Notes under the pieces: model-generated
What the model saw: the letters and a program-made list of their open reading frames with translations, nothing else
Told to the model about the DNA's origin: nothing
Database searches by the model: none
In this document: piece by piece, positions 1 through 18,995 of the stretch
Numbering within the stretch: the stretch's first letter is position 1
How the letters are laid out: each line of letters begins with the position of its first letter
DNA from: Chrysomallon squamiferum
Taxonomy: Eukaryota > Animalia > Mollusca
Reading direction: 5' to 3'
Assembly (NCBI GenBank): GCA_012295275.1
Contig: CM022671.1
Location: 33,232,001 to 33,296,000, forward strand
DNA length: 64,000 nt
Made by a program: the position numbers and the translations under genes

Positions 1-367
1 GCTATAAACCACACGAAATCATCAGTCAAATCAGGCGTGTATCTATAATAAAACATAAATTACATTAACAACGATAACGACAACAACGACGACAGTAACA
101 AAAACACCAGCAACAACAAAAACATCAACGACACCTAAACCAATAACAACAAAATTATAATGAAGATAATGTCGCCGATGGTAACAATGACGGTGATAAT
201 GATGAGAATGACGTTGATAAATGTCAATATGAAGGTATTAGTAATAACCTTCGATAAGCTCAGTATATGCCTGCACTACAAAACTGAAATATCATCTTAC
301 AATTAAATTCCACTATTTATTTAATTATTTATTTAATACTTAATTTAAACAAATAAAAAATTAAAAA

Positions 368-403
<36 letters not shown>

Positions 404-708
404 GAAAGAAAGAAGGAAAGAAAAGAAAAAGTGATCCATAAATAATTACTCATTTCCGTTGTCTCTGCCGGAGATGTACATAAAAGCTGTATCATTGTGT
501 TTGATGACGTCTGGAACTGCGATCACGATGTAGTGAAACCATATTGGTCGGTCAACTTCCTTTTCTACATATAAATAGATGTGGAAAGAGAAAGAAAAAG
601 AAAATTTTTTACATTTTACTGATCCACACATTTTAATGTTATAGTTGTTGTTATTTAAATATAGAGAGTGAAAAGGAAATAAAAGATGGAAAAAGAGACA
701 ACGAAAGG

Positions 709-764
<56 letters not shown>

Positions 765-957
765 CTGACAGCCACTTCTGTGACGTCATATTGACGAGGT
801 GTAGTGTGTAACCTTCCCCTTTGTATGTCCACTCTAGCGCTTCCCACGAGTAGTGAGGATCAGGGGTGTGGACGTAGTCGTCCAGTGGGGTGGCGGCAGC
901 TCCAAACACACAGACGACGAACATAGCAACACAGATAGGTAGATGTCGATCAAGCAT
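1..957 (-). CDS. AprA/PqaA-like secreted alpha/beta-hydrolase, paralogue A, 5' part only (exons 765-957, 450-564, <1-42; gene continues beyond the window)
   Basis: Spliced reading frame MLDRHLPICVAMFVVCVFGAAATPLDDYV...NMTSQKWLS|EKEVDRPIWFHYIVIAVPD...ISGRDNGNE|YTPDLTDDFVWFIA with GT-AG introns. Nearly identical to exons 1-3 of the complete copy at 3979-11741; position 1 aligns to 10723. Confidence 0.88.
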
Positions 958-1438
958 TTTTCTTTAAAATACAATTTATAAAGCTTAACTTTGATTATTG
1001 TGATCTCTCAAGTAAATATCTATTTCACAAGGATTTTGAAAACTAATTCTTTACAAAATGTTTTTCTTGAAATGGCATTCAGAATACTTCTCAAATCTGC
1101 AGTGTTTGTTGGACCATTCTAGTGTAGCTAAGCCGATGAAAGTCCACATTATATCTCTTTATATTATCTTTAAATGTAGGCTATATCTATCGCATTCATT
1201 AATCTAAAAAAAATAAAAATAATAAATAACTAAACTAAAATAAAATAAATTAAAAATAAAATAGTAAGAAAATAAAAATAAAAAAACGCACAAAAAAGAG
1301 AAAAAATCAGAGATTCCCATGCAAAGAGGTTTGTACAGAGTGGAGTGCTCATAAAACTGACAGAAGAATGAAATAGCTCACAGAGGAGTCTGGTTTCGTT
1401 CAAAAAGAAAGAAAGAAAGAAAAAGTCATTACTCACTT

Positions 1439-1509
<71 letters not shown>

Positions 1510-1692
1510 GCACATAGTTATTTGATAATAATTTATAAGATAGAAATGTGATTCCTAATTGCGTGCCAACATTTGTGTATGAGTTTGTGTATGTATGTGT
1601 GTGTACAAGAGTTGAATGAATATACAGGTAGATATAATGTTATATATCCTGCAAGTTGCACGATATTATTAGGTAAAATTCTATATATACTA

Positions 1693-2545
1693 AAGTATTA
1701 CATGGAAAAGGAAAGTGGTAAGAAATGTCATTAACAACGTGTGTGTATATGTGTGTTTGTGTTTCTGTGTGTGTGTATTTATATACATATTTTTGTGCTT
1801 TCGTGTATACTTTTGTAGCAAAATGATCTCAAAATAAGCGTTTAAAACCAAAACTTTTATCATTTAAGGCTCGACAAAAAGGAAATGCAATGCATTTTAA
1901 TTAACTTATATACAAACGTAGGTATAATATTTATAACGACAGCGGACCGTATCAATATACATTTAAGTTATTTCACCTTACATTAAATCGAATTCATGTT
2001 GATCGTCTCGTGACGGTCCAAGGGAAATAACTCCATTTTATATTAATATTTTACAGGCATAAGAGCATAACATTAATGAATATAAATGCAAGTTATTAGA
2101 GATTAAATAAAAATAAAACAGCATTTAATAACTGAAGACTCAACACATTTACACGTCATGTTTCGTTTATTAACACATTACCGTGATTACGCACAAAGCA
2201 TAAAAAACGAAACAGAGAACTAGTCGATCGCGCCCGTAAAATCAAGGGTCTAAGGGAAATAACTCCATTTTGTTTTCGCTTTTTCATAAGCATAGTGTGC
2301 ATAAAATGAGTATGTAAAGTAAAAATATTACAAAGGCTAAGCAAAGCTGACTGTATCTCAGAATTTAAGAATTTAAACAAAACAAAACAAAACAAATTAA
2401 TAATAATAAATTAACTGAAAATAATTTTATTATAGTTTATAATCAGTATCTTTATTTCATATTGTATATTTATTTTCTTTTGAATCTTCATTTATTAATT
2501 TTAAATTAATACGATTCGGAATAATTATAATAATTTTAAAAAAGA
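1693..2545 (+). repeat. Inverted duplicate of ~6410-7180 (3' part of AprA exon 10, its donor site and intron 10)
   Basis: TATTACATGGAAAAGGAAAGTGGTAAGAAATGTCA (~1696-1730) is the near reverse complement of ~7142-7176. Colinear reverse-complement similarity continues to TTAATACGATTCGGAATAAT (~2506-2525) versus ~6429-6448. Confidence 0.85.
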
Positions 2546-3749
2546 GGTTAAAATAAAGAAACAAATTCTTCAAAGTTGTTTCTTTAATGTTTAATTTCCA
2601 GTTTAGATCTTAAAGGACCATTTAGAAAACTGTTTGTGCCTGTGTGTGTGTGTGTCTGTCTGTGTGTGTGTGTGTGTGCGTGCGTGCGTGTGTGTGTGTG
2701 TGACCTCTATCAATTTTTGATTGTTTTATATATCTACTGAGTGTGCTCTGTTTTGCTGTTCGTCACTGGATAAAGATGTAATAATGTAAGCAGATTTCTA
2801 GGTGGTTATATAGGAGTTATCATCATATTAAATGTTATAAATAATTTTAAAAAATGAAATAAAATGAAATAATCATGATAATATTAAATATATACTGAAT
2901 AGTTGTTTAAATCTGTGCTTATGTTTGTTCTCTTCTCTTTGTTTGAACTGTTTGTACTTACCCCCGAACAAACTTAAATAGTGAAGCTTTCATAGTTACA
3001 AAATAGAACAAAGTATCCAACTTCCTAGTCTGGAGTTGTCATTTGAGATAAACCTGTATAATAATTTAATTTTATTTTTCAATTTATTATTTTTTTTCTT
3101 CTTTATATTAAGAAGTTACGGAAGGATTGTATTTTTATGTTGAAGTTTGTATTCACACAGAACTGTTATATATGTCAGACTTTTAATATTCTTTTGCTGA
3201 TTTACATTTCAAGATTCACTTGACAGGGGAGATTACTCTATGCCAGGTCTCTCATGTGACACAGTGATGTTGCTATGCAAATAAATAATAAACATATGTC
3301 TGAATATGTATCAGTGTTACGTACTATGTCGGTTTTTTCTGTTACACTTTATGAAGAACGGAATTTCATTGCCTTTATACTACATCAATTTTAAACTAAA
3401 CATTATAATACATGTTAATGCATGTGTGAATAAAATATAAAATAGTTTTTAGGTGAAAAAAAACCAAAATAAAATAAATAAATAACAACAACAATAATAA
3501 TCATAAAAAATGATGTTTTAGAGGAGAAACCTGCAATATGGAATACTGTAGTTCCAGGTCATCAGTCATCTTTTACACACAGACATAACATCATACACAG
3601 CAGTCACTGACAGAACAGTGATGAAGCTTTGGTAAGAACAGGAAAATAACCAAATAAATAAAGCAGAAAAGACTGATCTTGTAAATAACATGTGAAAGTT
3701 AGCAGTTAGTTTTTATTTCCAAACTGATGTTGACACTTTAGCATTAGGT

Positions 3750-3803
3750 AAAAACAGATATCTCATAAAATTCCAGATAAAAACAGAAATCTCATAAAAT
3801 TCC
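3750..3803. repeat. Short tandem duplication (2 x ~29 bp)
   Basis: AAAAACAGA(T/A)ATCTCATAAAATTCC occurs twice in tandem. Confidence 0.7.
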
Positions 3804-3929
3804 TGGAAAATACTTTGTGCAGCTTTTGTAGGAATATATCACATATTAGTTGTTTTTTTGGTATTTTTTTAAAAGAAGAAAAATTACATAACTGTTTTTA
3901 AATGCATTCTTTTTTAAATACAATTTAAT

Positions 3930-3935
3930 TTTATT
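3930..3935 (-). promoter_or_regulatory. Candidate polyadenylation signal of AprA-like paralogue B
   Basis: AATAAA on the minus strand ~45 nt after the TGA. The AT-rich context limits specificity. Confidence 0.4.
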
Positions 3936-3978
3936 AACATTTTTTGATAAAATTTACTGTAATTTTAAAATATTGTTA

Positions 3979-11741
<7,763 letters not shown>

Positions 11742-12084
11742 TTTTCTCTAAATTACAGTTAAAAAACTTAACTTGGATTATTGTGAACTCTGAAGTAAAT
11801 ATGTATTTCACAAGGATTTTAAAAACGATCTTTGTTTGCACGATCTTTTCTTGAACTGGTATTCTGAATGTTTCTTCAGATTTGCCGTGTGTGTTGGTCC
11901 GTTTTAGAGTATCTAAGCCGATGAAAGTCCACTTTATACCTCTTTATATTATCTTTAAATGTAGGCTATATCTATATCCTTGATTAACCTGGGGAATAAA
12001 CAACACTATAGTTTACAGAAGAATGAAATAGCTCACACAGGACTCTGGTATAGTTCGAAAAGAAAGAAAGGAAGAAAAAGTCAT

Positions 12085-12147
<63 letters not shown>

Positions 12148-12148
12148 T

Positions 12149-12196
<48 letters not shown>

Positions 12197-13449
12197 GTTG
12201 TTCACGGTTTATAAGATGGAAATATAATTCCTAATTGCGTGCTTATACACAAATTATTGTGTGTTTGTATGTGTGTGCTGGCGTATAAATAATGTTAAAT
12301 ATTCTGTGTGTGTGTGTGTGTGCGTGTGCAACCTCTGCTGTCAATGTTTTTTATTGTTTTGTATATCTACTGAGTGTGGCCTGATTTGTTGTTCGGTCAA
12401 TGGATAAAGATGTAATAATGTAAGCAGATTTTATTAGTGGGTCAGATTCTATCAATGTACTAATACGATAACGTGTATTTATCAAACATTCAGTTAATTT
12501 CACGACTGGTCATGATTCAACTATAGTAACGTATATCTATCAGTTTTCAAACTATCTACGACTTGACGTCATTTTAGTTGGATATAACGGGGTTATCATC
12601 ATATTAAGTGTAACCATAAAAAAAAAAAATTAAGTGAGCAATGTTTTCACTGTGTATGCGGAGGACTTACATGGAAATCAATCAATGAAATAAATAAATA
12701 AATCCAAATGTATCTGTGTTGCTAGGTGTAAGATACTGGATGGAGTTGCCAGTCAGGCTGAGGGAAGAGTTTGGAAAGCTGGCTATAAAAATAAAGTTGG
12801 TAGAGAGACAACAGCTAAAACGCCTAGCAGACTGAGTCGCTGAATTAGCTATAATTATATTTCATAAAATATCTTTACGTACTTTGTTGGTTTTTGATGG
12901 GTAACCCCCCCACACACACACACAATTTGTTACCGTGGCAACTGCCTGTGCGTGCAGGTTGTTACGTAGTATCATACAGTAACATAGGTGTTTCAATATA
13001 CTAAACTGTATTCACAGCTCAAGTTAATTCTTACCTTTGTATTCTGAAAAATAAACTGAAACTGTCGAGGAAAACAAATATAATAATAAAGACGAAGAAG
13101 TAGAAGAATAACAATGAAAATCGTGTAACGTGTTTCCAATTAGTATACTCTGTGCTGACGTTGCTATATCAACTATAATTCCATTACTGGACAACTGTGA
13201 AAGTTAGTTGAAGAGGATGTAAATTCTGCGACTGACACGCCCCCTGGCTTCAATAAAATACTGAATGAGGAAGTTTTAGATTTCAGGAAGTTGATATTTC
13301 TTACAAAAATAAAACAGTATAGATCTATCTATTAGATTAAAACAGCGAAATAATAATAACAAAAAAACTATTCGTTATGTCAGCATTCCCTCTTGGACAC
13401 GATCAGTGAGTGATACACAAGTTCGAAATAGGCCTATATGTTGTTGTGG

Positions 13450-13553
13450 AGATGGATGGAGAACTCTTTTTACGTGCCCACGTCCAATTCAAGGTTCGGG
13501 CACGCCTGTCCCGGATCCGATCTCTGGGATCGCCAGGGATGGGTTCCGGGACT
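13450..13553 (-). mobile_element. Probable SINE/LINE 3'-end remnant with two stem-loops and a short (TCCA)n tail
   Basis: GC-rich patch with stems CGTGCCC/GGGCACG (13473-79/13498-504) and GTCCCGGA/TCCGGGAC (13508-15/13545-52), followed on the minus strand by TCCATCCATCTCCA. The element class is an inference. Confidence 0.4.
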
Positions 13554-13650
13554 CATGTTGTTGTTTTTTCTGTGTGTGCACACATTCTTTTATATAGCTT
13601 TTGAGATTACATTTATATAGTAAACGCGGAATCGATAAACAGTACATGTA

Positions 13651-13723
13651 GGTTTCGTGGTGTAGTGGTTATCACGTCTGCTTCACACGCAGAAGGTCGC
13701 GAGTTCGAGCCTCGCCGGAACCT
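13651..13723 (+). tRNA. tRNA-Val (anticodon CAC)
   Basis: Full cloverleaf: acceptor GGTTTCG/CGGAACC, D arm GTGTAGTGGTTATCAC, anticodon arm TCTGC-TTCACAC-GCAGA, T arm GCGAG-TTCGAGC-CTCGC. Internal A and B boxes are intact. Confidence 0.96.
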
Positions 13724-13729
13724 CGGCGG

Positions 13730-13735
13730 TTTTTT
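13730..13735 (+). terminator. RNA polymerase III oligo-T terminator of the tRNA gene
   Basis: T6 run beginning 7 nt after the tRNA 3' end. Confidence 0.75.
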
Positions 13736-14839
13736 ATTTATTTTTTTATTTTTAAATTTTATCTTTTTTTATATATTCTTTTTGTGTATGGTCTATGTAT
13801 AGGTATTTCCCCCCAATTATCAAATTTTCAAATAACAACATATTGTAAGCAGATTTCGTTAGTGGGTCTGATTCTATTAATGTTCTAATAAGATAATGTG
13901 TATTTGTGAAACATTCAGTTACATTCACAACTGCACATGATTCGGATAAACTATAGTAATGCACATCTATCAGTTTTGAAACTATCTACGACTTAATGTC
14001 ATTCTAGGTGGTTATAAAGGGGTTATCAACATATTAAGTGTTATAAAAAATTAAAAAATTAAACCAGCAATGTTTTCACTGTGTATGCGGCAGGACTTGG
14101 CATGACTTATATGGACTTATTATTAGTAGTATTATCATCATCATTGTCATTATCATTATCATTATCATTATGTATATGCATAGGTATTTAAAATGACATT
14201 TTCCCCACCCAATTATCAAATTTTCATTTAACAAAATATTGTAAGCAGATTTCATTACTGGGTCTGATTCTATTAATGTACTAATAAGATAACATGTATT
14301 TATTACAAATTCAGTTACATTCACAACTGCTGTCACCCTTGTTATATGTGTTTATGCAGTATTATTATGTCTGTTTGTACATATGTAATAAAATTAACAA
14401 ACAAACAAAATAAACAAATACTTTTATTGTGAATTGTCAAGGAATATTCTTCTTATTCAGGTGAAAATTCAGTCTTTGTCTGTAAATATAATTAAAAAGC
14501 TCTCTCTCTTATTTTAAAATATCTTTCACACCTGCAAGTGTTTTCCTTCCTTTCATGTATAAATACAATCTCTTTATCTCTCTCTGACATTCACAGATAT
14601 TTACATATAGTCAGACACATACAACTACATGTACACATATACATAAACTTGCTAATGACTATAATAATGCTTCCATTTTTTTATATGCACACAGAGGCAC
14701 ACACACACACACTCATACACACAAAATAACCCTACTGCTGTAACTAACAAACTTAGCAATACCTGCTTCATCACAACACAATACGTCTGACTTTAAAATT
14801 TCCTGAACTGGTCTCCAGTATCAACACACTCAGGCTGTG

Positions 14840-16568
14840 TTACAGATGCAAAGAATTCAGTTCTTTTGAAAGTCTGAGTGTATCACAGAAGCTGAGAGAG
14901 AATTCCGATTTCACAGAGCTGTAGAAATACTCTGGAGCTCTTCTTTGTAGTTTGACCATCTCTGTGAGCAAGACTCCATCTATGTCAACCATTCTGACAA
15001 ATAAAACACCCACAGAAACAGAAGTAAAATAATGGATGGACAGGATAAAAGTTGGTTGCATGGATGGAATGTTATCTCAACCATTTCACATAATTTTATT
15101 TTCTGTCTGTTTTTTTTTAATTCTTTTTTTTTTAACTGGCCTGAATGCATAAAATTAATAAAATTTTAATGTTAACGAAACTGATAATCAACATAATCAT
15201 TATCATAATCATTCTTATCATCATCATCATCATCATCACAAAATTAATAATATTCATAATAATATCAACACAATTTTGATCATTATATTAATATACTAAC
15301 TTATCTGACAATGTTTTTAAACCAACAGATTCCAACCAATCATGAACTCTGTCTTTTGTCCAGCTTGATACGGCTGTTTTGATTGGTTCTGATTTCTGAG
15401 GTAGTTGTTTTACTGATACTCCTGAACAATAATAAAAGCAGAAAAACTTAAAATTTTTATTTAAAAAGGCGTCAATCAACAACTCATTTAATCATTTCTT
15501 TCTGTGACTGATGTATAACAGGGAACAGGAAATATCTCAATGTAAGTATAGTGGATCAGTGTGTCTAAGGTGGAGATACTGTTCCAACCAGTGCTCCAAA
15601 AGTGGTGTAAGAAAGACTATGGTATATTCTATCCTGTCTGTGGGAGTGTTCATATGTTTCAAATAAATATTTCTTTTCAGTTTTGCTTTATATGAAATTT
15701 CTTTAAAATTATTTTAATTATTATATACTTTTTGAAATTTCAATGAAAATGTGCAAAATATTTTTCTAAAAATTATTTATTTATATATTAAAAAATAAAA
15801 ACAAAAAATTTTAATTTTATTTACCATCAACAATATCGTTAGAAAGTTTTGAAATTCTTCCTCTAGGACCAAGTTCTTTAATCAACTTTGGAATCTGTTT
15901 TTCGATGAGTTCTTCTTTAGAAAAGTCAAAATAAAGTCTACTGCCCACCAGAATGCCCAGCCACCCGTCTGGTGAGAATTTGTGTTGGAGCCGAAGAGGA
16001 ATGATATCTTTATGTAGACGAAAAATATATTCTGATTCTAAAACAAAATGTAAGATAGTGTGAAGTAATGTGGCAGTAGAAGCAGTAGTGGTCACAGTCA
16101 TGGTGTCATGATAGTAGTAGTAGAAACTGCAGCAGCGTTATCTGTATTATTATTTGTGTTAGTAGTAGTGACGGTGGTGACAGAAATAGTAGTAGTAGTA
16201 GTAGTAAGAACTAGCAACAGAAGTGTTGGTGGTTGTGATAACAGTAGTGGTTTAGCAATAATTTATCATCATATTTGACAAATGAAATTAGAATAGTTAA
16301 TAAAATGTGTTATTAATTTTGTTTTTATTATTATCATCATATCTGACCCATGATATAAACATTGTTATTAAAATGTGTTGTCAAAAAAATAAAAAAAAAA
16401 AAAAAAAAAATAAAAATTATTATTTTTGAATTATCCATTCTTTGTTAGTATTTACCTGTTCTGCAGCTTGGACTCTCTTTGTATTTCTCTGTCATACATA
16501 TTAAAATAACTGCAGCTTGCTCCACTGCCAGTGCCATTGCCTCCAGTGTTGACCCAGCTGCAGTAGTA

Positions 16569-16617
<49 letters not shown>

Positions 16618-17451
16618 CAACAGTTTTGTACACATTGTGAGGATTTGTGTTTACTTTTAAGTGTTGAAGATAAAGTATCACGAATCTACGGGAATAAATA
16701 AAAACATAAATTGTGGTAAAATGAAAAATTAAAATAAAATAGAAATGGAGAAGTATATTTGGAGATGTAAATTACTAATAGCTAAAATAACTAAATAAAA
16801 TGAAGTAACATTAAATTCATACTCATATGTTCCACATCCATCCACACCTTGTATCCAGCCTCTTTAAGTTTATCCTTGACCTTTATCATGATAGGCTGCG
16901 ATTCCCATTGGTAGCTTATCATCACGTGACGACAGTTGACGCCTAATTCTAAAAATGCATTCAGTTGCTTATTCGGTCTACGAGTTTATAATGCCACTAT
17001 TTATGATTTAATACAAAGTGAAAAAAGTTTTACTTTCTGTACGTAGTATTTCCATTCTTGATGAGTGATTATATACTGATGATGACCACAGAGCGATAAC
17101 AATTTTAACAACATTGAATATCAAGAACTTGCAGAAATTTGATTTGTGTTCAGAAGTAATGTCTATACCAGACGCCACTTCTTTCTTTCTATTATTTTTT
17201 TTTTTTTTTTTTCTTCTTCTTCTTTTTTACTTATTTATTATTATTTTTAATATAAATTTAATATAATTATGAAAAGAAACTGCTAAGTACTCTAAATCTG
17301 GTGATTGATGATTATACCTCCTTTATTTGTCAACTCGACAGCTCGAAATATTTCCCACAGTGCACCTCTAGCGGCATGACCGGCTGACGTACTTCCTTTA
17401 TTCGCTAAACATTCAAGAGCTTTAAAATAAAATAAAAAATTAAAAATTTAG

Positions 17452-17485
<34 letters not shown>

Positions 17486-18847
17486 TTAAATATATAAATA
17501 AATTTAAATAAAACGATTATTAATTTCGTCGTAAATGTAAATTCTATCCACAGAAAATGATTAATTCTTCTTTAAAATCGTTTATAGCTAATTCTTTTGT
17601 GATTGTAGTACTGTATGTTAGTATACTGAAATATCTGACATATTTATATACATATTCTGAAAGTGATTAAATAAATATATGTAAAATATCTAAATATTGT
17701 CTTTGAATTTCACTCCAAAAACACTATGAACTATAGCTCCAACCGAGTAACAACTATAGTCTGATATTATAAAAACAGCTACATCTACTTCGAAATCATT
17801 GTCTTCTCAATGACAACAATAATAATTCATACCCTTAATACACTGCTGTTCTTCTTTAATCCAGAGTTTGTTTTCTTTGATAAAAGACAAACACCAGACG
17901 CCATTTGCAGCTGCTGTCTGCTCCAAAGCGACTGAAGATTCCAAAAGGCGGGTATATAGAGGTATCGCTCCACACTTTACAACAGTCAATTTGTTGGCAT
18001 CTTCTAAAACTATATTATTAAGTCCTAAGACAATCTCGTGTGAATTCATCCCATATTTGGTTGAGAAATGGTCCACAGAAGACAAACTTTCTTCAAGAAT
18101 TCCTAAGATGAAACTGATCGTGTCAGAGGAAGCGTGGATGATTTCGCTCTCTTTCTCATCTACCAGATATGACAGAACTATAAGAGACTTCGCTTTTATC
18201 ATCATGTTGGCGGAATTACCCGATTCGTATAGATCTTTCAGAATCTTCACTCCGCCCTCATTTCTAATTGTTTGTTTGCTTTGAGAATGGTTTCGCAGTA
18301 CATTGTGAACCAGTCCAAGCAAAGCCTTAACAAAGAACAGCTTTCTGGAATTTTCTAGAACTCTCTCTTTAGAAACAACTTGTAAATGTCTTAGAATTGT
18401 CAGCAGAAATCCTGATCGCGATATCTTTTCACAAGTCTCTAGAAGTTCGTCAGATGATACCCACAACAATGACGTCGTCAGTTTGATACACATCCAGGCG
18501 TCACCCTCCTGGTGATCGGAACTGATTACCTTTTCCACAGATTTCCAGCTTTTCTGGACCAAGACCACAAGATCATGATTGTTTAGTATCTTCAGTATTC
18601 TGCCTTTGAAACTGCTCTCACTCTTGCGAAGGTGATGCCATATGTATTTTAAATCACTGCAACACGAGGCTGTCGTAATGTCAGACGTAGAATTTAACCT
18701 TGACATAGATTCGTTGATTTTCTGAAGAATTATGTCTTGTGTTACTCCGAAGGCTACCGAAGCCAACCTTCCCGATCCATCTTTGTTCGGAAACGATAAT
18801 CTACCGTTTACATCGTCAGAACATTTCTGAGAAGGAAGTGACGTCAT
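14840..18847 (-). CDS. ARM-like repeat / TIR / SAM domain protein (610 aa from ATG 18847; 627 aa if a 19-nt coding exon at 19381-19399 is used)
   Basis: Exons 17833-18847 (acceptor at 18879), 17318-17419, 16823-16948, 16456-16557, 15825-16037, 15301-15421, 14840-14993; 1833 nt in frame, all GT-AG. ARM-like: ALLGLVHN, GGVKILKDL, GAIPLYTRLL, AAANGVWCLSF, AARGALWEI. TIR: HVMISYQW, GYKVWMDV, AMALAVEQAAVILICMTEKYKESPSCRTESEY, IIPLRL, DGWLG. SAM-like: WTKDRVHDWLESVGL...IDGVLL. Confidence 0.9.
15585..15655 (+). mobile_element. Degenerate SINE core fragment (mollusc MetaSINE/RUDI-like, by recollection)
   Basis: CCAACCAGTGCTCCA...TGGTGTAAGAAAGACTATGGTATATTCTATCCTGTCTGTGGGAGTGTTCATAT. A related degenerate string lies at ~39730-39790. 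Not database-verified. Confidence 0.45.
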
Positions 18848-18927
18848 GTCATACTTTTGATACTGTTTAAAAACGCTTTCTAAAATAAAAATTGTATTAC
18901 AGTTAAAAACGTTTTACATTAGCAATG

Positions 18928-18995
<68 letters not shown>

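Larger units (their letters stand above)
12418..14330. repeat. Dispersed local repeat: ~12418-12670, ~13845-14098, partial ~14170-14330 (internally deleted copy at ~2784-2850)
   Basis: Shared TGTAAGCAGATTT..TTAGTGGGTC(A/T)GATTCTAT...CATTCAGTTA...AACTATCTACGACTT...GCAATGTTTTCACTGTGTATGCGG. Confidence 0.8.

Noticed and set aside
13406-13620. Three overlapping 60-64 aa ORFs upstream of the tRNA
   Set aside because: By-product of the GC-rich hairpin element; no coding signature.
17868-18284. 138-aa plus-strand ORF
   Set aside because: Antisense shadow of the large ARM exon, with no independent motifs.
14840-18847. Calling the TIR gene SARM1, MyD88 or a TLR
   Set aside because: Domain order is ARM-TIR-SAM with one SAM, and no death, LRR or transmembrane segment is visible. 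No symbol assigned.
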